From Azolla caroliniana (taxonomy: Eukaryota; Plantae; Polypodiophyta): 64,000 bases of DNA. The position numbers and the translations under genes are program-made. The stretch covers positions 13,888,001 through 13,952,000 of the forward strand of contig JBHGNT010000005.1 of the NCBI GenBank assembly GCA_043228905.1. Reading direction: 5' to 3'. The notes below the pieces were generated by a model that saw only the letters and a list, made by a program, of their open reading frames with translations, was not told the origin of the DNA and did no database searches. Shown piece after piece: positions 12,201 through 24,082 of the stretch; the first letter of the stretch is position 1; every line of letters begins with the position of its first letter.

Positions 12201-14141
12201 CGGGATGCAATCCTTCAAGACCTTGTTCATGGCATTCACCATATGAGCCACCGATTTTGTTGCGCCTTGAGGTAAGGTACACATCCGCACCAACCCGATT
12301 GGATTTTTCATGGTTGTAATGTCACGAATGTCGACCGCCAACTAGAATTGATCGTAGCCAGAGTAAAGATCGCCGATGGAGTAGATGGACCGGCCCGCAA
12401 ACGCCTCGGCAAATTCATCCACACTCGGACCAATTCCAGCATTCCGAATTGTCACCTTGTTGACGGGTTGAAGATCTTGAATGAATCGCAACGATCCATT
12501 CTTCTTTGGCACCGTGAACCACCTATTAGAATAAGGAGCATTAGACGGTTCTAGAATTCCCATCCTCACCTTCTCCTTTAAGAGCTCGATCAACTTCGGT
12601 AGGTGTGCTCTCGGAACCGGTATCGGTTTCAAATTCCAAGGCACATGCAGCACCGTGAAGATCACCATCGGTTCTACCGTCCTTGGATTAGCACACCCGA
12701 TTTCTTGTGGGAAAAACGCGAAAGCCTTCCCATGTCTTTCAAGCATTCCACGAAACATCCGCTCCTCTTCAGGGAGGAGGAAATCCTCCCTTCCAACTCG
12801 TAGCTTTCCCTTCGTCTCTTCAGTGAAGACGTGACCAATTGTATTTGGGTTCCTTAAGCTTGGACCTTTTGCAACTTCCTTCATCTTTTGCCAGCTATCT
12901 TCCGGTAGCGGAACTGCAATTGGCTTGATCTTCCTATCCACAGTTTTATATTTTGTGTTGACTTCGACTTCCTCTATCAAGATGCCTCAATGATATTCAT
13001 CGATGATAGTATACATGTTGACGGAGTTAACCGAAATCACATGTCGATGGTGAGGATAGCTCAAATCCACGACTTCCTCGATTTCGCCGATGGTGTCGTT
13101 AAATGAGGCTTCCTCCAGAATATATGACACGAATTCTTCTTCTTTGATTATGCTTTCTTCTTTCAGCACCTCCTCGAAGTCTTGTATCTGACACTTTTCC
13201 TTCTTGTTGAGTAGTCTAAGTTTGCATGTGCCGCCAGGTGTGACGCATGTTGCTTCTCTTTGCAATCCATGCACTTTGCTTCCTTGTGGGGACTTATGAT
13301 TGCTCGGACTATTTGTGCCCCATGCTTCAATAGTCCGCTTTAAAAATCCGAGGATTCGACTCCAAGGCTATCTCAGTTCCTTTCATGATTAGCTCGAACC
13401 GTTGTCGTGAAGAAAACCGCCCACAAGGGGAATCGGAGGAACGAGGCGTGGGAAACCGGCTCTACACGCACGCGCGCGCCAAGAAGTACCTAAGGACGAA
13501 GTAGGTACATACGAGGATCCTAGGTGGGTAGATCCGGTTGGTATGCAGTTAATGCCAAACGGCCTCTTGACGGGCTATAAAAGGAAGAGGGAGAATAGAA
13601 GTGGGGTATCTCGCGCGGAGAGGACGAAGTGCTGCCGAACCGATTTCGAAGCTCCTCTCACACTCCTGCTCTCTCTGTCTTCTGCTCCATCGCGTACCTG
13701 TGCAGGTTTCGAGGAGGCTTGCGCTGTTCCGTGGAACGCCCCGAGTGCGTCCTGCAGCACCTCCGACCTGTTTTCCCCTTTCCGTGCGTCGCGACATACA
13801 GGGGTCGGCATCTGTTCGCCGCCCTGTTCGCTTTCGTTAGTATCTTTTTCGTGCCCCACCGTGGGTTGTAACACTTTAGCTGTTAATTTCTTGCATTCAT
13901 AAGTACATATCTTCCGTGGTTGCGTCCATCTGTGTCGGCGTTTATTTGTGATCTCTGTTTGTTGGGCCGTGTCCCTGTGCAATCTCCGGTTCTGTGTGAT
14001 CGGGTCTCTCCTTCTCCTCTCTCTCTCTCTTGCTCTTCGGTCCAAGACCCCCGTGGTCCCTCCTCCTTTCTGCACGCAAGGGCGTAGCAACCCCGACATC
14101 TTGGTGAACCCGACGTGAAAGAGGCGGCAGAAGAGCAGGAA

Positions 14142-16268
14142 ATGAGAGGGTCGGATCTCGCAGAGGCCATGGCTTCGGCCGTGGATCGGATTGTAAACGC
14201 GCGCGAGAGCACCGGTGCCCTCGACAGAGCTATTGAGGCGGTCGTCGGCACGATCGGCCGGTTCGATGGGAAGGATGCCACGAAGTATTTGGCGTCCTAC
14301 GGTGCAGAGATGCTGATGCGGGACATTCCGGAAGAAAGGCGTCTTGCCGGATTTCCCCGAGTGGCGATGCCGAGCATCCACGCGGAGGTGCTCGAGGTGC
14401 GGATGGAGAGCCGTACCTGGGAGGAGTTCGAAGGTCGGCTCCTAGAGAAATACGGACTGGACGACGCGCTCCGGCTTTCGAAGCGAAGGTTCATGGAATG
14501 GGTGGAGTCCCCGGGGAAGGGAAGAAACGCGTCGGTGCTCCTCCGGGAGTTCGAGGAAAACTTTGCGCGCCTTTCGGCGCTTGACCGAACCATCCTGGAC
14601 ACGAGCCGGGTCTTGCTGTTTGTCAAGACGGTCGACGAGCGGGATCGGGAGCAAGTGGGCTTCTTGCTGGAAACCGAAGACGGGCTCACTACGGACTGGG
14701 CGGCTGTCAGGAAGGTCTGTGGCCGTTTCGACAAACGGCGAGAATGGGCGGATAACGGTGCAACCGGGTCGGGCTCGGTCGCAGCAAGGAAGCTCGATCC
14801 AGCGCCACAGGTGCGAAAGGAAGAGACCCGAGAGTGGTTGGAGACCGGTTCGGCTTCGACCGGCGTAGTCAGAGGCTCAACCGGAGGAGCGGCGCTGGAG
14901 GAATTGACAAAGGCGATAAAGGACCTCCAAATCGCGCAGGCCCGAAGGGAAGGAGGCGAACCGGCTCGTGACCAACGGCCGGCGGCAGGAAACAGGTGCA
15001 TGTGGTGCGATGAAGTCGGCCACATTCGGAAGGACTGCGGCGACTTCGCGGAGGCGCTGAGGAACAGGGTGGTGTACCTGTGGGAGGGACGGGTGCATGC
15101 CAGCGACACCCGAAGGGCCCTGAGCCGAAACGACGGAAAGGGCGGTATGAAAAGGGTGATGGAAGAGGCGGCGGCCCGACACGCGGAAACCGTCCACTAC
15201 TCGGCGTCAGCCGGCATTCGAGTCGGGGGCGGCGAGGCCCGAAGGGAAAGCGATGCCAGATTCTGGCCGACGATGCTGGGAGGCCTTGCCGGTGCAGGGC
15301 TTAAAAGGGAGGAATCGGACCGTGCGGAGAAACGGGTACGGGAGAGGACCGGGTGGAGCGACCCGGTCGAGGAGAAGACGGGCTTCGTGGAAGCCGCTTG
15401 CCGGAACTACGAGGCTCTGGTAGAAGAGAAGCGGGTGGGGAAACCCGGGACGACCGGGCCCTCACAACGATACGAGACCCGGTCCGGGCCGCGACGGGAC
15501 GAAGCCGGCGGGGCCGGTACGCGAGATAAACCCCAGAAGGGCGGGTACCGTCTGGGGACGGAGATAGAAAGAACCACGGACTTACGAAAGGTCCTGGAGG
15601 AACGGATCCTCGACAGCAAGGTGGAGCTGTCGTTACGGGAGGTGCTCGGAATCGCCAAGAAGGAGTTCCACGACTCCATCGTGGACTTGGTGAAACGGAA
15701 GAGGCTGTCGACGGAGACAGAACCGGAAAGACCGGTGGAAGTGCGGACGACGCACCTAGATGACATGGCGCTGGGAGACGAGTGGGCGGAAAGCCACTAT
15801 TCGAGACCACACTGGGCCCGAGCGACCACGGAAACCCCGGTGAAGATCGGCGATGTCCAGGAACCGGTGATAGCTTTGGTGGACCACGGATCGGAGATCA
15901 ATTTGATGTCCATGGACTTCTATAAGAAGGGCAAATGGCCGATCAACACCAAGCATGGGTGGAAAATAAGGGCAGCAACGCGCGCCACCGAGGAACTGCA
16001 CGGGGCCTGTCCGAATGTGCGGGTCAAGATTGGCGACGTCGAGATTGACCAACACTTCTTCGTGCAGGAGACGTCTTCGCACCCGGTCATTCTGGGAGAA
16101 CCGTACATTACGGCGGCGCGGATGGAGACCAAAGTGCTGGACAATGGTTCGGCCTACGCGAGGGTCAAAAGCCAAGACGGGCGCCATTCGGTCCAGTTTT
16201 TGACGGTAAGGCCGAACCACGAACGTAACCGTGATTCCCTCGGTTCCGAAAACCGAGAGGATTTTTAG
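14142..16268 (+). CDS. gag: G3 Gag-protease
   Basis: Open frame 14115-16268 (first ATG 14142); CMWCDEVGHIRKDC zinc knuckle; LVDHGSEINL aspartic protease motif. Confidence 0.9.
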   Translation: MRGSDLAEAMASAVDRIVNARESTGALDRAIEAVVGTIGRFDGKDATKYLASYGAEMLMRDIPEERRLAGFPRVAMPSIHAEVLEVRMESRTWEEFEGRLLEKYGLDDALRLSKRRFMEWVESPGKGRNASVLLREFEENFARLSALDRTILDTSRVLLFVKTVDERDREQVGFLLETEDGLTTDWAAVRKVCGRFDKRREWADNGATGSGSVAARKLDPAPQVRKEETREWLETGSASTGVVRGSTGGAALEELTKAIKDLQIAQARREGGEPARDQRPAAGNRCMWCDEVGHIRKDCGDFAEALRNRVVYLWEGRVHASDTRRALSRNDGKGGMKRVMEEAAARHAETVHYSASAGIRVGGGEARRESDARFWPTMLGGLAGAGLKREESDRAEKRVRERTGWSDPVEEKTGFVEAACRNYEALVEEKRVGKPGTTGPSQRYETRSGPRRDEAGGAGTRDKPQKGGYRLGTEIERTTDLRKVLEERILDSKVELSLREVLGIAKKEFHDSIVDLVKRKRLSTETEPERPVEVRTTHLDDMALGDEWAESHYSRPHWARATTETPVKIGDVQEPVIALVDHGSEINLMSMDFYKKGKWPINTKHGWKIRAATRATEELHGACPNVRVKIGDVEIDQHFFVQETSSHPVILGEPYITAARMETKVLDNGSAYARVKSQDGRHSVQFLTVRPNHERNRDSLGSENREDF

Positions 16269-16324
16269 AGAGGACTGCCAAGGCGTGGGGCCGCGACAGT
16301 CCGGACACCCCGGGAAAACCCCAC
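16259..16324 (+). promoter_or_regulatory. Predicted -1 frameshift signal of G3 (GGATTTT plus pseudoknot)
   Basis: G GAT TTT TAG; 6-nt spacer; GGACTG 16272-16277 / CAGTCC 16297-16302; loop GTGGGG 16285-16290 complementary to CCCCAC 16319-16324. Confidence 0.78.
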
Positions 16325-19300
16325 ACCTGTACGATAAAACCGAAGAAACCTTGTACCATAGGTAGGGAATTTTTGTTCTCCGACAGCGGAGCGTGCACGA
16401 CAGTCGGCATCGGCGGCCGAGAGAAGAGAAAGGCGGAGGGGAGACTTCGAGCGTGCGGAGTTCTCGGCCCTGACGAGGAAATCAACGGGGCCGTGGAGGA
16501 GGTCTCATTCGACGACACCTTGGGAATGCTGGGAAGGGTAGTCGAGGAAGGCCTTAACGAGGACCGGACGATACCGGTGTGTTCCGAGGAGATGTACGAA
16601 GTCATCGCGGGCTTCGGTCGAGGGCTCGAGTCAGTTCGGACGGCCCACGTGAGCACCAAGTACAAGACTGTGGACCGGAAGGTAAGGCCAGTCGCAGCAC
16701 CCTTACCGGAGGACAGCGCGTCGAGAATTAAAGGGGTTGCATCGGACCCTAGTCTACGAGATCCGGCCTGCATAGGACACACCTTTACCGACGAGACGCT
16801 CCGAGAGCTCAAAATCGGTGGGGGCGGGTTCCTACTGCCGGCGGAGGAAGACCGGTTTCGGAGAATGCTCGGAAGGCACGGGAAAGCCTTCGCATTCTCG
16901 CCGGAGGAAATCGGGTGCGTTGACCCGACGATCGTGGAGCCGATGGTGATATTCACGGTACCGCATGTACCATGGAATCTCAAGCCAATCCCGGTTCCGA
17001 GAGCTCACATCCCGAAGTTGATGGAGCTGCTGAGGCAGAAAGTTGATATGGGAATTCTCGAGCCGTCGAGCGCCCCATATTCGAATCGATGGTTTACCGT
17101 ACCGAAGAAAAACGGTTCGTTGCGCTTCATCCAGGACCTGCAGCCGGTCAATCGAGTGACGATTCGGAACGCAGGGATCGGACCGACCATAGACGAGTTC
17201 GCGGAGGCCTTCGCCGGAAGGTCAATTTACTCGGTCGGGGATCTATACTCAGGGTACGACCAGTTCCAGCTAGCCGTGGAGAGCAGAGACATTACGACGA
17301 TGCGAACTCCCCTCGGCCTAGTTCGGATGTGTACACTGCCGCAAGGAGGGACCAACTCGGTGGCCCACATGGTGAATGCGATGAACAAGGTTCTGAGGGA
17401 CTGTATCCCGGACATCACCATGCCGTTTCTGGACGACATCCCGATCAAGGGATGCCCGGTGGAAGAAAGGGACGAGACGATCGGGCCGGACGGATGCCGG
17501 CGATTCGTGGCGACGCACATCGACGACTGCGAGAAGGTGCTGCAAAGGCTAGAGGATGCGAGACTCACCTTCTCCGGAGAGAAGTCGGCCTTCGGGCAGT
17601 CAGAAATCATGGTGGTCGGACACCTGTGCGGACCATATGGCCGGAAACCGTCTCCGGCAAAGGTAGAAGCCATCTCCGCGATGAAGCCCGACTGCAGCTC
17701 GGTCACGGAAGTACGGAGATTCCTGGGGGCATGCGCGTTCTACCGCATATGGATCCCGCATTACGCACACGTCGCGGAGCCACTGTACGGGTTGCTGAAA
17801 AAGGGGCGAAGGTTCGAATGGCTAGACGAGCACGCGGAATCGGTCCGGAGGCTGAAAGAGGCCCTTGCAGCGGCACCGGCACTCCGGAAGGCGGTATACG
17901 GGAAGGGTACCCCGGTATTCATAACGGTGGATACCAGTCCGACCGGGATCGGATGGGTCGTGAACCAGGAAGACGAGGACGGCAATCGGTTTCCGATCCG
18001 ATTCGGCGCGAAAGTCCTCAGTGAACGGCAGCGAGGATACGCCCAGGTTAAACGCGAACTCTGGGGTATTGTTTCGGCGGTTAAGGCCGACAAAGACTAC
18101 CTGATAGGGACAGAAGTGATCATCGAGACGGATTGCCTGCCGATTCTCGGTATGGTCTCCGGATGCGCGACTCCGGACCTGGCGATGCTCAGGTGGATAG
18201 CGTACATCAAGTCCCTGGACCCGGAAATACGACACATTTCCGGGAAAGACAACGCCATGGCCGACATGCTTTCGAGGGCGAGGTTCGACGACGAGGGCGG
18301 CATGGTTTCGGAAGACGAAGAGGTCGGCGTGGATTTCTTCGAGGCGGCGTACATAACAACCGACGGGATGAGCACTCCGGCGCTTAACGAGTTCGACGCG
18401 AGCAAGTACGACGGGGAGTGGCTGCAGATCGGCGGGTTTTTGAAGACAATGACGCCCGATGCGTCATGGACGAAGGACGAGGCTAACCGGATCCGGAAGA
18501 AAGCATATCGATTCTTTCTCCAAGATGGGCATTTGTGGAAGCACCCGAAGAAGAGGAACGGCGTCCCGCTCCGGGTGGTGGCGATGAAGGAAGAACAGGA
18601 GGAGCTACTGGCGGCCTACCACGACAGCCCTTGGGCTGGACACCGTGGAACGTGGGCGACATTTGAGAAGCTGAAGGGGAAGTACTGGTGGCCGGGATTG
18701 TACCGGGACGTGCATCGGTTCGTGTCAACTTGCGAGAGTTGTCAGATGCACTCGATAGTCCGACACCGGGACGGGCTTCGCCCTACGTACCCTCCGACTA
18801 TCCACTTCAAATGGATGGTGGATCTAGTGACGATGCCGATGGGGGTAGGACAGATGCGGTATCTGGTCCTAGCGCAGGAAGACCTGACGAACCAGGTGGA
18901 AGGCCGAGCCCTTCAGAATAAGACGACCGCGGCCGTGTGTCGGTTCCTGATCGAGGACGTGATATGCCGGTACGGGTGCGTCGGGAAGATCGTGGCTGAC
19001 CGAGGCGAGTTGGACGCCGAGGAAGCCGCGGAGCTGTTCGACCGGCTGGGGGTCAAGCTCTCGCTCACCACTGCGTACAATCCGGAGGCGAATGGGAAGG
19101 TGGAGCGCGGACACGGACCGATCGTCAAGGCGTTGGTTCGGGCATGCGGAGGCCGAATCGGTGACTGGCCGCGGCTCCTACCTTATGCTTTGTGGGCAGA
19201 CCGGACCACGCACAGTTCGGTGACCGGGTACATGCCGACAGAGCTCATGTTCGGCCAGAAGCCGATCATGCCGATTGAACGGACGATCTCCTCGTGGGCA

Positions 19301-19756
19301 ACGGTCGACTGGAGGGACGAGATGAGCCGGGAGGAGTTGTTGGCCGCGCGTATACGACAGCTCGAGCGGAGACCGGAGGACGTGGCATTGGCTACGGAGA
19401 AGCTCCGGGTGGCGAGGACAAATAACAAAGCCCGGTTCGACCGAACGCGCCGGCTACGACCAAAGAGAATCGACGAAGGTGACTGGGTGCTCGTCTACGA
19501 CAGCAGCCTCGACAACCAGCACCGAGCAACGCGGAAGTTCGCACGGAGATGGTTCGGGCCGTACACGGTACAGAGCGCCAACGACAACGGGACGTATCAT
19601 CTGGCGGAACTCGACGGTACGAGAATAGCGATACCCGTGGCCGGGAAGAGGATCAAAGCTTTCAAGAAACGGCACGACGACGAACCCGACCCGATTCTCC
19701 TGGACAGCAGCGACGACCGATCCGAGGCCGAGGAAGGGCCGGCAGGCGAAGAGTAA
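16259..19756 (+). CDS. pol: G3 Pol (RT-RNaseH-integrase), reached by predicted -1 frameshift
   Basis: 1127-aa ORF whose frame stays open upstream to the slippery site at 16259; PFLDD RT, TVDTS RNaseH, HHCC and DDE integrase, WFGPY C-terminal module; no chromodomain. Confidence 0.93.
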   Translation, partial: GFLERTAKAWGRDSPDTPGKPHTCTIKPKKPCTIGREFLFSDSGACTTVGIGGREKRKAEGRLRACGVLGPDEEINGAVEEVSFDDTLGMLGRVVEEGLNEDRTIPVCSEEMYEVIAGFGRGLESVRTAHVSTKYKTVDRKVRPVAAPLPEDSASRIKGVASDPSLRDPACIGHTFTDETLRELKIGGGGFLLPAEEDRFRRMLGRHGKAFAFSPEEIGCVDPTIVEPMVIFTVPHVPWNLKPIPVPRAHIPKLMELLRQKVDMGILEPSSAPYSNRWFTVPKKNGSLRFIQDLQPVNRVTIRNAGIGPTIDEFAEAFAGRSIYSVGDLYSGYDQFQLAVESRDITTMRTPLGLVRMCTLPQGGTNSVAHMVNAMNKVLRDCIPDITMPFLDDIPIKGCPVEERDETIGPDGCRRFVATHIDDCEKVLQRLEDARLTFSGEKSAFGQSEIMVVGHLCGPYGRKPSPAKVEAISAMKPDCSSVTEVRRFLGACAFYRIWIPHYAHVAEPLYGLLKKGRRFEWLDEHAESVRRLKEALAAAPALRKAVYGKGTPVFITVDTSPTGIGWVVNQEDEDGNRFPIRFGAKVLSERQRGYAQVKRELWGIVSAVKADKDYLIGTEVIIETDCLPILGMVSGCATPDLAMLRWIAYIKSLDPEIRHISGKDNAMADMLSRARFDDEGGMVSEDEEVGVDFFEAAYITTDGMSTPALNEFDASKYDGEWLQIGGFLKTMTPDASWTKDEANRIRKKAYRFFLQDGHLWKHPKKRNGVPLRVVAMKEEQEELLAAYHDSPWAGHRGTWATFEKLKGKYWWPGLYRDVHRFVSTCESCQMHSIVRHRDGLRPTYPPTIHFKWMVDLVTMPMGVGQMRYLVLAQEDLTNQVEGRALQNKTTAAVCRFLIEDVICRYGCVGKIVADRGELDAEEAAELFDRLGVKLSLTTAYNPEANGKVERGHGPIVKALVRACGGRIGDWPRLLPYALWADRTTHSSVTGYMPTELMFGQKPIMPIERTISSWATVDWRDEMSREELLAARIRQLERRPEDVALATEKLRVARTNNKARFDRTRRLRPKRIDEGDWVLVYDSSLDNQHRATRKFARRWFGPYTVQSANDNGTYHLAELDGTRIAIPVAGKRIKAFKKRHDDEPDPILLDSSDDRSEAEEGPAGEE

Positions 19757-22700
19757 AGGCGGGCCGGTTTTCTCCGTGCCAACTTAATTTGGCGCATGCC
19801 GGTGGATGCGCGGTTAGGTGGGGGCGGATGTCGTGAAGAAAACCGCCCACAAGGGGAATCGGAGGAACGAGGCGTGGGAAACCGGCTCTACACGCACGCG
19901 CGCGCCAAGAAGTACCTAAGGACGAAGTAGGTACATACGAGGATCCTAGGTGGGTAGATCCGGTTGGTATGCAGTTAATGCCAAACGGCCTCTTGACGGG
20001 CTATAAAAGGAAGAGGGAGAATAGAAGTGGGGTATCTCGCGCGGAGAGGACGAAGTGCTGCCGAACCGATTTCGAAGCTCCTCTCACACTCCTGCTCTCT
20101 CTGTCTTCTGCTCCATCGCGTACCTGTGCAGGTTTCGAGGAGGCTTGCGCTGTTCCGTGGAACGCCCCGAGTGCGTCCTGCAGCACCTCCGACCTGTTTT
20201 CCCCTTTCCGTGCGTCGCGACATACAGGGGTCGGCATCTGTTCGCCGCCCTGTTCGCTTTCGTTAGTATCTTTTTCGTGCCCCACCGTGGGTTGTAACAC
20301 TTTAGCTGTTAATTTCTTGCATTCATAAGTACATATCTTCCGTGGTTGCGTCCATCTGTGTCGGCGTTTATTTGTGATCTCTGTTTGTTGGGCCGTGTCC
20401 CTGTGCAATCTCCGGTTCTGTGTGATCGGGTCTCTCCTTCTCCTCTCTCTCTCTCTTGCTCTTCGGTCCAAGACCCCCGTGGTCCCTCCTCCTTTCTGCA
20501 CGCAAGGGCGTAGCAACCCCGACACCGTCAGGAATTGAACGGATCTTTTACTATCAAGACTCTTGACACGCGCGAAGGCTGCTCCATTATCGAACACCTT
20601 GGTCTCCATCCGGGACGATGTTATATATGGTTGTCCTAGGATGACGGGATGTGAAGCCGAGTCTTGCACGAAGAAGTGTTGATCAATCTCTACATCCCGG
20701 ATCGTGACTTTAACGTTGGGGCAAGCTCCGTACAAGTCCTCCGTAGCCTTCGTCGCCGCTCGAATCTTCCATCCGTGGTTTGTATTAATCGGCCATCTTC
20801 CTTTCTTATAGAACTCGGTCGACATGAGGTTGATCTCAGAGCCATGGTCAATCAAAGCGACCACAGTCTCTTTCTTCTCCCCGATCTTCACCGGTGTCTC
20901 CGTTGTCACTCTTGCCCAATGAGGCCACGAGTAATAGCTATCCGCCACCACTTCTTCTTCCTCCTCCTCTTCCGATCTTACCATGGTTATGGCACTTGTT
21001 TTGACCTCCGATTCATCAGATTGTTGTCGCTTCCTCTTAATAAGGTCCACGATAGTATCATGGAACTCCTTCTTCGCGATCCCAAGTAGCTCTCTCAAGG
21101 TAAGGTCGACATGACTATCTAAAACCTTCTCCTCAAGGACCTTCCACAAGTTAGTTGTTTGTTCTATGTCCGACCTTAGCTTGTAAGTCGGTGTCGCTCG
21201 TTCTTTTCCTTTCTTCGTTGATTCTTCGACTTCCATCCGAGCAGGTTGGCTCGATCCACCGGGCTTCATGTTTGTTTCACGAATCTCTTTTCTTGGGATA
21301 GGTTGGGGTGGCCCTTCTTTCCCTCCATTCCTCGTGTTAGGTCGCTTTGATGTGCCATCTTCTTCACCAGTTCTCTTCCTCTTCTCTTCGACAAGGGCTT
21401 CATAGGTGTCACACACAACCTCCGCAAAGCTTGTGTTTTCGTCGATTGGATCTGACCATCCGGTTGCTCGTCGCACGTTTCGGTCAGCAAGTTTTAGATC
21501 CTCCGAATTGATTTTGCCTTTTTCTTCGCACTCGAAGACCGTTGGCCAAAACCCAGCTCCTGGCTTGATCATTTTAAGATTCTCTTTTCCAACTCGTATC
21601 CCAGCCGAAGCGGCATAGTGCATAGCCTCCACATGCCTTGCATCTTCTTCTTCTACAATCTTTTTCAGCCCACCTCTTCCGAAGTTCACTCGTAGTGGCT
21701 TCCGGGTCTCGCTTGAGTGAATCATGTTGCCGTCCAAATAGACGACAATCTTGCGGATCGCATCTTGCAAGTCAGCACATTCCCTTCATGAGTGGTCAAA
21801 GCTATCGCACCACACACATCTATACGCTTCTTTTCCCTTGGGCCCGCGCCGACCTAAGTTGGCTAGCGATACCGCTTCAAACTTCTTGGAGAGCTCTTCG
21901 CTTATAGACTCCTCCATTGCTTTCTTGTCGAAATTGTTGATCAGCTTACTAGGCTCAATCATCGTAGGTGTCTTCTTCCACAATTGTGGATTCTCAACCT
22001 CAGCTTGCTCTTGCCATTGTCGCCGCTTATCAAAACGGCTGCAAGCCTTCTTCACCACTGCCCAGTCCGCTACCAAAACATTTGGTTGTGTTTCGTCTTC
22101 CAAGAAACTACCCAATTCTCGCCGATCTTTCGCATCCATTGCCTTTAGGAATAGGAAGACTTTATCTCTGTCGAGAACTCGTTGCTCGACACTCGGAAGT
22201 CGATTGTACTTCTGGTCGAATTCGGCATAAATTCCCGATGCACACAGATTCTTCCCTTTCTTCTCGATCCAATTCATTAACGTATGCCGAGTCATCCGCG
22301 ATGCGTCTTCAAGCATGTATTCAGTGAGAAGAGCCGTTTCGAACTCCGCCCAAGTTGCATGCTCGTTTTGGATCTCCATCACGCACTCACGGATCCCGTG
22401 TTCTACCACACGCTTAAAGCTTGAAATTTGTTTTGGATCATGGACATCTCTTTGTTGCATCTCATTCCAGTAGGTAGCAAGGAGATTTGTGATGTTCTTC
22501 CCACCGAATCTTCCAACTATCTCAACAGTTCGGTCAACAGCTTTGTCGACTAAAGCCTCCCGATCTCTCTCTTTCAGCATGAATTCGACGACGGACACTA
22601 TGCCTTTCGTCAATTCTTCTCCTTGAGTTCCACTTGTCAAAGCCATCTTCGTACTTGATATCCTCCTATTGCCTCGTTTCACGTCGGGTTCACCAAAGGT

Positions 22701-23230
22701 GTCGCGAAAATGCAACGGGGATACGTGAACGTTGAGGCAAGACCCTGGGGCCTTTGTCTAGAGGATATCAAATTCGTGTATTTATATACTAAGAATTAAC
22801 TGAAATGAGAAAGATTAACAAATTTCATTAATAAAAGGGAAAGAAAGATTACAATCAATCCCAAGATTGGGATTACAAAAGTTTATCTTATGGAGATGAT
22901 TAGAATCATAGATTAGAGGAAATAAGAGATTATGATTCTTGAGTGATATGGCTTTGACAAGGAATTTTGGATTTTGAGAGCTTGCTTCCGTGTGGATATT
23001 ATGGTTTACTTGAGTGATAACTTCCGTAGGGAAGATTAGGGTTCTTGGCTTCGATAAGATAAGAGAGCTCCCCAAAGAAAAGAAAAGAAAATTAAGATAA
23101 CATGAAGAGTCCTCGTGTAGAAAAAAAAGGAATAAATATGGAATTCTCTCTTGATCCTAGCCTTTTCACTTTTTGTTGCATGGCCTCTACTTTTAGTTGC
23201 CTAGCTTTTTCTTTTGGTTGCATGTGACTG

Positions 23231-23390
23231 TCCACATGACCTTTACTTTTTCCATGCACTCCCTTCTTTAGTTGCTTGCGTCCACATGACCTTTACTTTT
23301 TCCATGCACTCCCTTCTTTAGTTGCTTGCGTCCACATGACCTTTACTTTTTCCATGCACTCCCTTCTTTAGTTGCTTGCGTCCATATGGC
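23231..23390. repeat. Three tandem 50-bp units in the inverted G2 LTR
   Basis: TCCACATGACCTTTACTTTTTCCATGCACTCCCTTCTTTAGTTGCTTGCG x3; single copy in the forward LTR. Confidence 0.85.
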
Positions 23391-24082
23391 CTTATCTTTA
23401 GTTCTCTTCACTTTAGTTTAGTTTGTTGCATGATCCAATCTTTCGTCCGTCCGCGTCCAACATCGTCCGGTAACCGGTTCCGGTTTGCTTGTCGGTTGGT
23501 TCCGGTTCCGGTTTTGCTTGCCGGCCGGTTCCGGTTTTGCTTGCCGACCGGTTTCCGGTTTGCTTGCCAGCCGGTTCTAATTTTGCTTACCGGCCAGTTT
23601 CCAGTTTTGCTTACCAGCCGGTTTGCATACCCATTCCGGTTCCGGTTTTGCATACCGGCCGGTTTCCAGATTGCATACCGGCCCATTTCCGGATTTGCTT
23701 ACCGGCCCGTTTCCGGATTTGCTTACCAGACCCGTTTTCCGGATTTGCTTACCGGCCGGTTTCCGGTTTTAGGGAATTTGGCCACCATCATCCATCAAGA
23801 CAAAGTGGCCAAAGTGCTCTTAGCACAAATGAAAAATGAGGGAGCTCAAGGTGTTTATATAGCCAGGGGCTTAACTTTCCTATCTATGTGGGATAGTTCT
23901 AATTTCTCTATCTAATCAAACTTCATTTTCCCATAACTTGATATGTATTTCTCCATTTTGTATATATTAAAATACATTTTGAAGCTCTTGAGTATATCCA
24001 TCTTTCTATAGTAAGCTACTAATCTAATCTATAATAATTATTTCATTATGTTTTTACATAGTGTGTGAAGATTCACACGACA

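Larger units (their letters stand above)
13403..20524 (+). mobile_element. Intact, young, GC-rich Ty3/gypsy element G3 (same lineage as G2)
   Basis: 696-bp LTRs 13403-14098 and 19829-20524 with no difference seen; 4-bp TSD CCGT (13399-13402 / 20525-20528); PBS-Trp 14102-14118; PPT 19812-19828; uninterrupted gag and pol. Confidence 0.96.
9751..24082 (-). mobile_element. Ty3/gypsy G2, inverted near-complete copy: 5' LTR 24082-22700, PBS 22695-22679, gag 22649-13339 (split by G3), pol 13274-9894, PPT ~9825-9835, only 74 bp of 3' LTR (9824-9751)
   Basis: Reverse-complement of 5572-9750 plus the rest of pol (PFLDD RT, RNaseH, integrase ORF 9894-11597); several in-frame stops. Confidence 0.9.

Noticed and set aside
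14297-19850. Numerous antisense and alternate-frame ORFs in G3
   Set aside because: Expected by-product of high GC content over gag/pol; no recognisable motifs
20001-21770. 589-aa ORF suggesting a novel Gag fusion
   Set aside because: G2 gag-PR simply reads into the antisense strand of the inserted G3 LTR at 20524
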